Positions 44,138 to 52,699 of a stretch of 64,000 nucleotides of DNA are shown one piece after another (positions within the stretch are counted from its first letter, which is position 1; each line of letters starts with the position of its first letter). Where the stretch lies: contig JBMOLJ010000060.1 in the NCBI GenBank assembly GCA_049324235.1, positions 135 through 64,134 of the forward strand. Reading direction: 5' to 3'. The stretch is from Bacillota bacterium. GTDB lineage: Bacteria > Bacillota > Clostridia > Christensenellales > UBA1431. The notes below the pieces were generated by a model. The model was given only the letters and a program-made list of their open reading frames with translations. It searched no databases and was not told the origin of the DNA. The translations under genes and the position numbers were made by a program.

Positions 44138-44166
44138 ATTATTGCATGGACATATGTACTTGTCAA
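44138..44166 (-). promoter_or_regulatory. Sigma-A-type promoter driving the riboswitch and Tad operon
   Basis: TTGACA (44166-44161), a 17-nt spacer, then AATAAT (44143-44138), about 10 nt upstream of the aptamer. Confidence 0.55.
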
Positions 44167-44218
44167 TGTATCCCCTGTTGACTGATTGTGAAAGTCACAT
44201 CCCGTCTCCCTGCATTTT

Positions 44219-44326
44219 TTAGCGCAGCGCCAATTCATGAAGCGTTTTTATTAGCGTATCCATTTCCTCAAAAGTATTGTACAGGCCGATCGAAGCGCGG
44301 GCCGTGCCAAACAGCCCCTTGATAAC
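44219..44326 (-). pseudogene. C-terminal 35-codon remnant of a SufS/Csd-type cysteine desulfurase
   Basis: Translates to VIKGLFGTARASIGLYNTFEEMDTLIKTLHELALR-stop, matching the conserved C-terminus (G-T-x-R-A-S-x-x-x-Y-N-T-x-E-E-x-D) of class V aminotransferases. An in-frame TGA lies immediately upstream and there is no 5' part. Confidence 0.6.
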
Positions 44327-44417
44327 TCATCTATCAAGGGGCTGTGAAACATATGCCGTTATTATCTGACACCGTAATCTGCGGAGTATCAGCACACCGC
44401 CCGGTGCAGTCCTTGCT

Positions 44418-45611
44418 TCACGTACGGTAGTCCGCGTTGATGCGTACATAATCGAGCGACAGATCGCAGGTCCACATGGTTTCTGAGGCCTCGCCGCCAT
44501 GGAGGTCGATGGTGTAGACAACCTCGCTTTGCTTGAGCGCGTGAAGCGCCGCCTCCTCGTCGAACGCCAGCCCGCCGCCGTTTCTGCACACCTGCACATC
44601 GCCGATAAAGATGTCCGCCCTGGCCGGGTCAAACACCGCCTTTGAATATCCCGCCGCCGTTAAAAGCCGCCCCCAGTTGGCGTCGTTGCCGAAGGCCGCA
44701 GTCTTGCACAGCGGCGACTTCGCGATGGCGTTTGCAATCAGGCGGGCGTCACGCTGCGTACGCGCATTGCGTACCGCAATGGTCAGCAGCTTGGTCGCGC
44801 CCTCGCCGTCCGCCGCCAGCATTTTCGCAAGCTGTATGCATACATCCTTGAGTGCGTCCGCAAACACCGCATAATCCGCCGTACCTTGCCCGATAGGCGC
44901 ATTGCCCGCAAGGCCGGAAGCGAGAATCACCACCTTATCGCACACGCTGGTGTCCCCGTCCACGGATATACGGTTATAGGATGCGTCCGCCGCCGCTTTG
45001 AGCGCGCTCTTCAGCGCCTTCGGGGTGATCGCCGCGTCGGTGGTAAGCACGGATATCATCGTCGCCATGTCCGGGTGTATCATGCCCGAGCCTTTCGCCA
45101 TGCCGCCGATGCGCACCTCGTTCGCGCCGATAGTGACGCATGTACCGGCCTGCTTGGGTACGGTGTCGGTGGTCATGATGGCGCGCGCCGCGTCTTCGCC
45201 GCCTTCCCGGGAAAGCACCGCTTTATCAAGTCCCGCCTCGATGCGTTCAATGGGCAACGGTACGCCGATTACGCCGGTGGAGCCGGTCAGCACGTCCTGC
45301 GGTTTGCAGCCGAGCTTTGCCGCCGCCAGCCGCGCCATTTTCAGCGCGTCCTCGTCGCCGCGGCTGCCCAGGCATGCGTTGGCGTTGCCCGCGTTGACCA
45401 CGACCGCCTGTGCGAGCCCGTTGCGCACGTTCCTGCGTGCAAGCAGGAGCGAATGCCCTTTGACAATATTTCGCGTGAATACGCCCGCCGCCTGCGCTAT
45501 GCGTTCGCATTTGACGATAGCGAGATCCAGCGCGCCGTTTTTCTTGATGCCGCAGGCAACGCCTGCGGCCGTAAATCCTTTGGCGTATGTCACGCCGCCT
45601 GTGTACTCCAT
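44418..45611 (-). CDS. argJ: Bifunctional ornithine acetyltransferase / N-acetylglutamate synthase
   Basis: Full-length ArgJ with the autoprocessing site HPDMATMI and the TTDT region. Confidence 0.92.
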   Translation of the reverse strand: MEYTGGVTYAKGFTAAGVACGIKKNGALDLAIVKCERIAQAAGVFTRNIVKGHSLLLARRNVRNGLAQAVVVNAGNANACLGSRGDEDALKMARLAAAKLGCKPQDVLTGSTGVIGVPLPIERIEAGLDKAVLSREGGEDAARAIMTTDTVPKQAGTCVTIGANEVRIGGMAKGSGMIHPDMATMISVLTTDAAITPKALKSALKAAADASYNRISVDGDTSVCDKVVILASGLAGNAPIGQGTADYAVFADALKDVCIQLAKMLAADGEGATKLLTIAVRNARTQRDARLIANAIAKSPLCKTAAFGNDANWGRLLTAAGYSKAVFDPARADIFIGDVQVCRNGGGLAFDEEAALHALKQSEVVYTIDLHGGEASETMWTCDLSLDYVRINADYRT

Positions 45612-45732
45612 AGCAACCTCCCTGTAACCAGGATATTATAGCACAGGACGATACAAAACGCACGCCCCCCGGGCCGCACCGATTTCCGTTCTCCTTAGTA
45701 GAATAATAAAAAACCACCAAAGGAGAAAACCC

Positions 45733-46080
45733 ATGATACCCGCACAGGAATTGAAGGCATTGGCCTATGCGCTGATGCAGACACCGGAATATACGCAAAT
45801 GCTCCGGGAGCGCAAAAAGGTTATGGAAAACGCAAAGCTGGGAAGGCAGATGCTTTCCTTTGAAAAGGAACACGCCCAGCTCATCAATCTCAATTTTCCC
45901 GCTACGGATATGTCCGCACGTTTCAAAAAATTGTACCAGAATTACAAGGAATTTCTCGATGATAAGGATGTTCAGGCATTTATCGCCGCCACCCGGCGGT
46001 ACCAGAGCCTTATTTCGGACTGTATCACGCAATTGAACCGGTTGCTCGACATAAACAATAGCGGAATGAAGCCACGCTGA
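45733..46080 (+). CDS. YlbF/YmcA-family regulatory protein
   Basis: 115-aa helical protein matching the family pattern (..L..AL.QTPEY..., ..FEKEHAQL..., ..AATRRYQSLISDC...). AAGGAG RBS. Confidence 0.55.
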   Translation: MIPAQELKALAYALMQTPEYTQMLRERKKVMENAKLGRQMLSFEKEHAQLINLNFPATDMSARFKKLYQNYKEFLDDKDVQAFIAATRRYQSLISDCITQLNRLLDINNSGMKPR

Positions 46081-46099
46081 TTTGACAAAGTGACAACAC

Positions 46100-46138
46100 A
46101 AAAAAACCGATGACAAACCCCGAAGGATTTGTCATCGG
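46100..46138 (-). terminator. Rho-independent terminator for the small acidic/basic protein gene (uses a family-B hairpin module)
   Basis: On the minus strand: CCGATGACAAA-tccttcgggg-TTTGTCATCGG followed by TTTTTTTG. Confidence 0.7.
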
Positions 46139-46185
46139 CCTGAGCCTGAGTAGTTTAGGCTAATTCTTTATTAAAGCTAAGTATC

Positions 46186-46482
46186 TCAGTCGTAGTCCTC
46201 GTCGTCGTCATACCAGCCTAGCGGTACGCCATACCAGCTGTCATCCCTCATGGCAACCATCACGGGCATGCTGTCGTCGTCCATCGACCACCATCTGTCG
46301 TCATCGTCCCAGCAACGGCCCCACTGGTCACAACACCTGCCGAATCTATCTATCCTGAAGCACCGGCGGCGCGGGAAGCCAAAGAAAAACGGGAATCCGA
46401 AAAACCGCGGAAAACGCCTGAAGCGGCTTCCGTCTCGCATGCCGCCGCGCATTCCGCCGGGAAACCTGAAACCGTCCGGCAT
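46186..46482 (-). CDS. 98-aa charge-segregated small protein (Arg/Phe/Gly-rich N-half, Asp/Trp-rich C-half)
   Basis: AGGAG lies 7 nt upstream of the ATG at 46482 and a canonical terminator follows. Sequence: MPDGFRFPGGMRGGMRDGSRFRRFPRFFGFPFFFGFPRRRCFRIDRFGRCCDQWGRCWDDDDRWW...WYDDDEDYD. Confidence 0.6.
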   Translation of the reverse strand: MPDGFRFPGGMRGGMRDGSRFRRFPRFFGFPFFFGFPRRRCFRIDRFGRCCDQWGRCWDDDDRWWSMDDDSMPVMVAMRDDSWYGVPLGWYDDDEDYD

Positions 46483-46674
46483 GTTCTTATCTCCTTTCTT
46501 TTGATGTATACGTACATATGCACGTATCCTGCTGATGTATTTTATGAGAACAGGCCGGAATGTGTTCATTACATCTGAAGAATAAGCCGCGTCCCTCAAT
46601 TGCAAACCAGATGTATGCAAAAGGACAGAAAGTGCGTTCCTGCCCTTTTTATATACGCATTGTCGGGTTGATTT

Positions 46675-47730
46675 TTATTTCCCGGGTTCCAAAATAACCT
46701 TCAAAGCCTTGCCGCTGGCGGCAAGGTCAAAACCCTCCTGAAACCGGGACAGAGGCAGCGCTTTGGTGATAAGCTTGCCCGGTTGTATCTGCCCCGAAGC
46801 CATCAGGCTGAGGATGGTCATCATGTGGGGAATCCTCGAATCGGAAGTTCCGTGAACGAACAATTCCTTATAATGGATGACATTGCTGTCAAAGGTGGTC
46901 TCCGAGTTCCCCTTGGGGAGGCCGCCAAAGAGGTTAATCCGTCCGCCTCTGGCCGCCATCCGCGTCGCCTGTGCCTGCGCCTCGCCGGACGGCGCGGCTA
47001 CAATGACCGCATCCGCCCCTTCTTCCCCTGTCTCGGTAAGCACCCGCTCGACCACATCCCCCCGTGAGCCGTCGATCCGGCAGTCGATCTCCGGAAAATC
47101 GCGGGATAGTTCCAGACGTCCGGCATCCACATCCGTTAGGATTACCCTGCCGGCCCCCCGCGCTCTGGCCAGGAGGCAGTGCATGAGCCCGACCGGACCT
47201 GCGCCCATCACGCAGACCGCATCCCCCAGCCCCACCCGCGAAAGCTCCTGCCCGTTGAGGGCGCAGGCGAAGGGTTCGGCAATGCAGGCCTCGGCAAAAG
47301 AAAGGCCTTCCGGCATAGGCAACACCCCGCCTCCGGCTACGAGCTGCGGCGGAATCGCAATATACTCCGCAAACCCGCCGTCATACCGGTAGGAAATGGC
47401 CTCTTTGCGCCTGCACTGGTTCTGCATTCCCCGCAGACAGTAACGGCAGGACCCGCAGGCGATAACCGCGGCCAGCACGACCCGCTGCCCCGGTTCAAAA
47501 CCAACGGCGCCTTCGCCGATCGCGTGGATAGTTCCGGCTATTTCGTGTCCGATGGTCACGGGCAGGTCCATCCCGTGAGATGAGCCGCCCGCGCGCACGT
47601 TGCGCACATCGCTGCCGCAGATGGCGCAGGCTTCCACCCTGACCACAAGCCCCCCCGCGGACGCCTTCGGGACAGGGATATCCTGAAGGCGCAAATCACT
47701 TGGTCCATACAGACGGAGCGCCTGCATCAA
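46675..47730 (-). CDS. Zn-dependent MDR-family alcohol/polyol dehydrogenase (sorbitol/threonine dehydrogenase-like)
   Basis: Catalytic Zn motif CGSD..GHE, structural Zn CGSCRYCLRGMQNQC, and Rossmann GAGPVGL. Confidence 0.85.
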   Translation of the reverse strand: MMQALRLYGPSDLRLQDIPVPKASAGGLVVRVEACAICGSDVRNVRAGGSSHGMDLPVTIGHEIAGTIHAIGEGAVGFEPGQRVVLAAVIACGSCRYCLRGMQNQCRRKEAISYRYDGGFAEYIAIPPQLVAGGGVLPMPEGLSFAEACIAEPFACALNGQELSRVGLGDAVCVMGAGPVGLMHCLLARARGAGRVILTDVDAGRLELSRDFPEIDCRIDGSRGDVVERVLTETGEEGADAVIVAAPSGEAQAQATRMAARGGRINLFGGLPKGNSETTFDSNVIHYKELFVHGTSDSRIPHMMTILSLMASGQIQPGKLITKALPLSRFQEGFDLAASGKALKVILEPGK

Positions 47731-47745
47731 ATCACTCCTTACTTG

Positions 47746-47992
47746 CCGATGACAAACCCTTTAGGATTTGTCATCGGTTTTTCTGTGCGGTTAAATGCCG
47801 CTAAAGCGGCATTTTTTCGCTGCGCACTCGGGGCCCCCTCAAAGCGAAGCTTTGTGGGGATAAGGAGGAGTAACGCAGCGTACGAGCTTTCACGCTTCCG
47901 CGCGGAAGCAAGCGGAGCGAAGTTTGCTCCGACGCTCTGACGCACATGTCGTCAGATTCGAGTAAAGTAGGGGATTGCGATCCCCCACCCCC
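47746..47992. repeat. Family-B mosaic hairpin repeat, long copy 2
   Basis: Near-identical to 10441-10686 in the same orientation. Lies between the FGGY kinase stop and the dehydrogenase RBS. Confidence 0.8.
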
Positions 47993-48025
47993 GCTAAGCC
48001 TGGCTTTTCAGCGCAAAGCTTTTGA

Positions 48026-49552
48026 TTACATTTCAGCCAGGACATGCATATCGTCCTTGGTCTTCTCGTAGAGGTTGCGGTACACCTGGTAGAGCTTGCG
48101 GTATACGGCATGGGAATCGGGGTCGGGCTCGTTCGCCTGGTCGTATTTGACCCAGTCTCTGATCTGGCTGAAATCCTTGTAGATGCCCACGCCCAGCCCG
48201 GCCAGGAATGCGTTCGCGACCGGAGCGCCGGACACCTTGGCCATATAGTCCTGCGGCGTATTCATGATATCGGTGATGACCTGCCTGAACAGGCTGCTGC
48301 TCGCGCCCGCGTCCACCGCTACGATGCGTCCGGGCATGAGGCCCTGCTCCCTAAGTATCTCCGCATGGTGTTCAAGCGCATACCCGATTCCTTCCAGCAC
48401 GGCGCGGAACATATGCCCCCGTGTATGATAGAGCGAGAGCCCGAAAAATACGCCGCGCGCCTTCGGGTCCCAAATAGGCGACCGCTCACCCATAAAGTAG
48501 GGAAGCAGCACCAACCCGTCCGAGCCTTTGGGCACGCGGGCCGCTTCCATGTCCAGAAGCTTATAGGCGCTTGTGCCCCGTTTTGACTCATACTCTTTTT
48601 CCAGTTCGCCGAAGTTGTCGCGGAACCACTTGATGATGGCGCCGCTGGTTCCCAAGCCGGCAAGGGCGACATAGCTGCCGGGCACAATGTGCGGGAAATT
48701 GATAAACCTGTCGTCGAACTTCGGCTCGGGGAGTACGATCTGCCAGCAGTGCGTGGTCCCGTACATGCAGGAGGACTCCCCCGGTTCCACCATACCGACG
48801 CTGAAGGCGGAAGCGGAAGCGTCCACGCCGCCCCCGGCGATCACGGGAGTGCCCTCAGCCAGGCCGGTCTCCTCGGCGGCCAGGCGGCGCACGGTCCCGA
48901 TCACTTCATGGGCGGCATAGGCCTTTGGAAACTTATCCATATCCAAGCCGCAGCCTTCAATCATTTCCCCGGACCACTGCAGATTCTTCTGGTCGAAGAA
49001 GGGTGCGTTCAGTCCGGCCACACCGTAGTCAACCACCGCTTCGCCGGTCAGCTTCAATATGACGAAGGCGTGGGAGTTGAGCATCTTCCATGTCTGGTCA
49101 TACCGCTCCTTTTCGTTGCGGGCAAACCACATTGCCTTGTAACCGGCAAAATAGGGGTCTGCAATGTTACCTGAAACTTCGAAAACCTTGCCGCCGAATT
49201 TGTCCATCGTCGACTCACACTCGGCTACGGCGCGCCTGTCCATATAAATAATGCAGGGCCGCACAGCGTTACCATCCCTGTCGACAGGGACAATATCAGG
49301 CGTGAGGCCGCTTACGCCGATCCCTGCGATCTCCTTCGGATCAACCCTGGATTCTGCCAGAAGCTGCCGCGCGATCAGTTTGAATTCGCCCCAGTAAAGC
49401 GCTTCCGCATCCTGCTCGGCCCAGGCCGGGCGGGGGACGCTCACGCCATGCTCCATGGTCTTGCTCGCAAGGACTTTGCCTTCCTGATCGATGATCACGC
49501 CCTTGCTTCCCATTGTACCAATATCATACCCTAAAAGATACCTGCCTGCCAT
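48026..49552 (-). CDS. FGGY-family carbohydrate kinase (xylulokinase-like)
   Basis: N-terminal LGYDIGTMGSKG and both FGGY N and C domains. 508 aa. Confidence 0.85.
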   Translation of the reverse strand: MAGRYLLGYDIGTMGSKGVIIDQEGKVLASKTMEHGVSVPRPAWAEQDAEALYWGEFKLIARQLLAESRVDPKEIAGIGVSGLTPDIVPVDRDGNAVRPCIIYMDRRAVAECESTMDKFGGKVFEVSGNIADPYFAGYKAMWFARNEKERYDQTWKMLNSHAFVILKLTGEAVVDYGVAGLNAPFFDQKNLQWSGEMIEGCGLDMDKFPKAYAAHEVIGTVRRLAAEETGLAEGTPVIAGGGVDASASAFSVGMVEPGESSCMYGTTHCWQIVLPEPKFDDRFINFPHIVPGSYVALAGLGTSGAIIKWFRDNFGELEKEYESKRGTSAYKLLDMEAARVPKGSDGLVLLPYFMGERSPIWDPKARGVFFGLSLYHTRGHMFRAVLEGIGYALEHHAEILREQGLMPGRIVAVDAGASSSLFRQVITDIMNTPQDYMAKVSGAPVANAFLAGLGVGIYKDFSQIRDWVKYDQANEPDPDSHAVYRKLYQVYRNLYEKTKDDMHVLAEM

Positions 49553-49703
49553 TTTATGAATCCCTCCCTATCGGTTGATTGGGGCTTCGCCCTTATTATA
49601 ACATATCATAATACTATTCACTGTAATTTAAATGCATTCCTTCACTTATGTGTTTTTTCAGCTCAATATCTCCATATATGACATTCTTCAGGCCATCCGG
49701 CCA

Positions 49704-49749
49704 GGCGAAATAGTCCGGCTGCCGTTTTGGGCAGCCGGACTATTTCGCC
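49704..49749. other. 20-bp perfect stem-loop at the end of the glp-associated operon
   Basis: GGCGAAATAGTCCGGCTGCC-gtttt-GGGCAGCCGGACTATTTCGCC, with no T-tract on either strand. Confidence 0.6.
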
Positions 49750-49788
49750 AAAGTATATAAGGAGAGGGTGGGTTGGAAGAAAGCTTTT

Positions 49789-50910
49789 TCATATCAGTTC
49801 GGCAAAATACGTTACCTTTTTGTCAAAGCCTCTTACAGTCAGCGCATGGTAGGCATATGGATCGAAAACGGCCACCAGGGAGGGGTTTGCCGATAGTATC
49901 TGCATAGCCGCGTCTTCGCAGATGGCTTTTTGCAGCGCCCCGTCAAGACCGGGCGCCGCAAACTCGGCGCAGACCGGCGGCTGCCATATTGTCACCGTGT
50001 TCACGCGGTTGTCCGCTTCCAGAACCGGATTGAATTCCACGGACGACGCGGCTACGCGCTCGGCCGTATTGGGCACGAGCGCGTTGAACAGGGCTTCGCG
50101 GCGCAGCATGCGCGTATAGAAGCTGCCGGCATACACATACCCTGGTTCGGGGAGCTTTATGGGCGAAAGGAAATCGAGCGCGTTGAATACCTTCAAGCTG
50201 TGCCCGATGCCCACGGCGGGCATGAGCTTTTTGAAAATCATCTCCGTCTGCCCGCTCAGCGTCATCACCGTATCGAATCCCGCTCCGCGGATCGCTTCGG
50301 CCCATTTTTGCAGATGCGCAATGCCGCCGTCGATAAGCCCGTATGCAAAATATTCATACCCTGCGAAAACCGGCTCTATGGTATTGCCAAACTCCAGACC
50401 GGCGTCGCGCATCAGCCGTCCGAACGCGGGTGCGGACGCTGTAGCATAAGCGGCGGTTGCATCGTCGAGGCACAGGTAAACGGTACTGTTGCGGCTTAGC
50501 GGCATGGCCTCCCGCCAGACCGGCGCGGTGCCTGCCGCATCGGCGACGTGGCCGTCATATTTGTTCAACAGTTCCATCAGCGCGTTCACATATTTATGTC
50601 CCACGCCTTTTTCAAGCAGCATCTCGCGGCAGAGCATGGAAACCAGCGTATAATCCAGGTTGTTTTCGCCAAAGTTCTGCCACCGCTCGCCCTGGCCGGA
50701 GAGTATGCTGGAGAAGACGATGTCCGCGGCGTATTCGGTGGGTTCGAGTTCGCCTTTGTATATGGCGCGCGCGATCTGGAGCTTCCTTGAAGGGTAGTCA
50801 TGCATCCTGCGGGTCGCACGGAATTCGGGATTGTAGCACACGCCCTGATCCATGTGCAGGACCTGCTTTGTCAATTGCTCCTCAAAATTTTTAAGCGTGA
50901 ACTCCCTCAT
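49789..50910 (-). CDS. Cysteine-depleted GlcF/GlpC-like (CCG-domain-like) protein, partner of the FAD-linked oxidase
   Basis: ATGA overlap with the upstream oxidase gene. The layout resembles GlcF/GlpC (PSRKLQIARAIYKGE resembles the PRGRIxLxR segment, followed by two CCG-like halves). Only 5 scattered Cys and no CxxC or CCG motif. Confidence 0.5.
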   Translation of the reverse strand: MREFTLKNFEEQLTKQVLHMDQGVCYNPEFRATRRMHDYPSRKLQIARAIYKGELEPTEYAADIVFSSILSGQGERWQNFGENNLDYTLVSMLCREMLLEKGVGHKYVNALMELLNKYDGHVADAAGTAPVWREAMPLSRNSTVYLCLDDATAAYATASAPAFGRLMRDAGLEFGNTIEPVFAGYEYFAYGLIDGGIAHLQKWAEAIRGAGFDTVMTLSGQTEMIFKKLMPAVGIGHSLKVFNALDFLSPIKLPEPGYVYAGSFYTRMLRREALFNALVPNTAERVAASSVEFNPVLEADNRVNTVTIWQPPVCAEFAAPGLDGALQKAICEDAAMQILSANPSLVAVFDPYAYHALTVRGFDKKVTYFAELI

Positions 50911-52316
50911 AGTCCGAGCACCCCCCTGTTCATGAGACGGTCAGGATCGAGCGCCAGCTTGATGCTGCGCATCACGTCCAGCCCAACCCCATGTTCTCCT
51001 TCAAGATAAGCGGCTTTCGCCTTGCCCACGCCGTGGTGGTGGGAGACGTTGCCCCCGTGTTTCAGGCTGGTCTCGACCGCAATCTTGAGGCATTCTTCAT
51101 AGCGCCGCTCCCCGTCGAAGTCATCGCCGCCGGTTTCGCTGTGGAAGATCACATACACGCTCGCGCCCGTATGGTACACGTGCGAAAAATGGCAGTCGAC
51201 CACCGTGCACAGGGGTTCAAGGGCCTTGCGCATCTCGGACCACACCGCATGGATGCAGTCCCACGGCGCGGCGACCTCGATGGCGTCGGCCGTGCCGCCC
51301 CGTATGGCGTCGAAGTCCAGCATTTTCTTGGTTGAAAAGCGTGTCTCAAACCATTCCCGTCCGGCCCGCTCGCCCTTGTATAACCCGTCGTAGGCCTCGC
51401 ACGTGCTTTGAACGATGCTTTGTTCGATGTCCACCATCTTTTCAAGCCCCTCATACCCCATGATGAGCAGTGCGTACCCCTCTTCAAAGCCGTAGTGGCC
51501 AATCTTGTGCGCGGCTTCCACCTCGTCGTACAGGCGCACCACCGCCGGACAGATGCCCGCCTGGATAAACTCGCGGACGGCCTCCAGCCCCTGCCCCGTC
51601 GTCGGGAAGGTATAGGCTTCGAACAGGCGTTTTTCAGCTACCGGATAGATCTTCATCTCCACCGCGGTCACGATGCCGTACACGCCCTCGGCCCCCAGGA
51701 ACAGCTCCTTCAGCTCGGGGCCGGTGGACCGCTTGGGCGCCGCCGGGGTCTTCAGTACGCGGCCGTCGGGCAGCACCACCTCCAGCGCGTTGACCATGTC
51801 GTCCATCTTCCCGTATTTGGTGGAAAAGGTGCCGATGGCCCGGGTGCTGGCCATCCCGCCGAGCACCGCGCTCTGAAAGGACTGCGGGTAATGCCCTGCC
51901 GTATAACCCCTCTCGTTGAGCAGGTTCTCGAAGTCAGCGCCCGACAGGCCCGCGCCGCCGGTTGCCGTGCAGTTGACGGGGTTGATGGAGAAATCTCGCA
52001 GCAGCTTCGTATCAATCATGACCTCGCTGTCCTCGGGCATGCTGCCCCCTACGATACCCGACCCGCCGCCAAAGGGTATGGTCTGTATCTTCCTGTCGCG
52101 CGTAAGGCGTACAATGGCCGCGACCTCCTCCGTATTCCGCGGAAGGAGCACCGCCGAGGGCAGATGCCTGTATTTCCCCTGCAGGATCCATTTGTATTCC
52201 ACCGGATAACAGCCGTGGGCGTAGATGAGCAGGTCTTCCTCGCGCCGCAGGACCTCCATGCCTGGCAGAGCGGACTCGACCTCCTTCAAAAACGCACTGA
52301 TGTTTTCGTTATTCAT
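50907..52316 (-). CDS. FAD-linked oxidase (GlcD / alkyl-DHAP-synthase-like, FAD_binding_4 plus FAD-oxidase_C)
   Basis: PFGGGSGIVGG FAD-binding motif and C-terminal HHHGVGKAKA motif. ATGA overlap with the DUF1667 gene. Confidence 0.85.
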   Translation of the reverse strand: MNNENISAFLKEVESALPGMEVLRREEDLLIYAHGCYPVEYKWILQGKYRHLPSAVLLPRNTEEVAAIVRLTRDRKIQTIPFGGGSGIVGGSMPEDSEVMIDTKLLRDFSINPVNCTATGGAGLSGADFENLLNERGYTAGHYPQSFQSAVLGGMASTRAIGTFSTKYGKMDDMVNALEVVLPDGRVLKTPAAPKRSTGPELKELFLGAEGVYGIVTAVEMKIYPVAEKRLFEAYTFPTTGQGLEAVREFIQAGICPAVVRLYDEVEAAHKIGHYGFEEGYALLIMGYEGLEKMVDIEQSIVQSTCEAYDGLYKGERAGREWFETRFSTKKMLDFDAIRGGTADAIEVAAPWDCIHAVWSEMRKALEPLCTVVDCHFSHVYHTGASVYVIFHSETGGDDFDGERRYEECLKIAVETSLKHGGNVSHHHGVGKAKAAYLEGEHGVGLDVMRSIKLALDPDRLMNRGVLGL

Positions 52317-52699
52317 ACGGTATTCCTCTTTCTAACGTTGTTTTTTATGTCCCGCGCGGCGACGATGTCCACGCCCAGGCCCAGGATATCGCGGAGCACC
52401 GCATCCCCCTGCCTTACGGGCGCGCGCACGGACGCAGCGTATATCGCCGCCATACAGTCCTTCAGATAGCTTTTCGGCACCTCGCCCGTGCTGATGACGG
52501 GCAGCACCGGCAGCTCTCCGCCCTCTATGCGCACTGTGGTGGTGATCATGCGCACCGGATTTTCGTGTTCCGCCCGCGCGTACGCCGCGCCCCTTTTGCA
52601 GCCGTTGCCGGTGACCGTAAGGGTTCCGCTTCCATCTCGCAGGCTGACCCTGCAGCTTTTGGGGCATACGATGCAGGTATACGTCTTTTCGGTCATCAT
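52313..52699 (-). CDS. DUF1667-family protein
   Basis: TCIVCPKSCRV...GNGCKRG Cys motifs. Start overlaps the stop of the upstream oxidoreductase gene. Confidence 0.8.
   Translation of the reverse strand: MMTEKTYTCIVCPKSCRVSLRDGSGTLTVTGNGCKRGAAYARAEHENPVRMITTTVRIEGGELPVLPVISTGEVPKSYLKDCMAAIYAASVRAPVRQGDAVLRDILGLGVDIVAARDIKNNVRKRNTV

Noticed and set aside
43951-44238. 95-aa minus-strand ORF upstream of tadV.
   Set aside because: The region is better explained by the promoter plus c-di-GMP-I aptamer. The ORF has no RBS and its sequence has no family resemblance.
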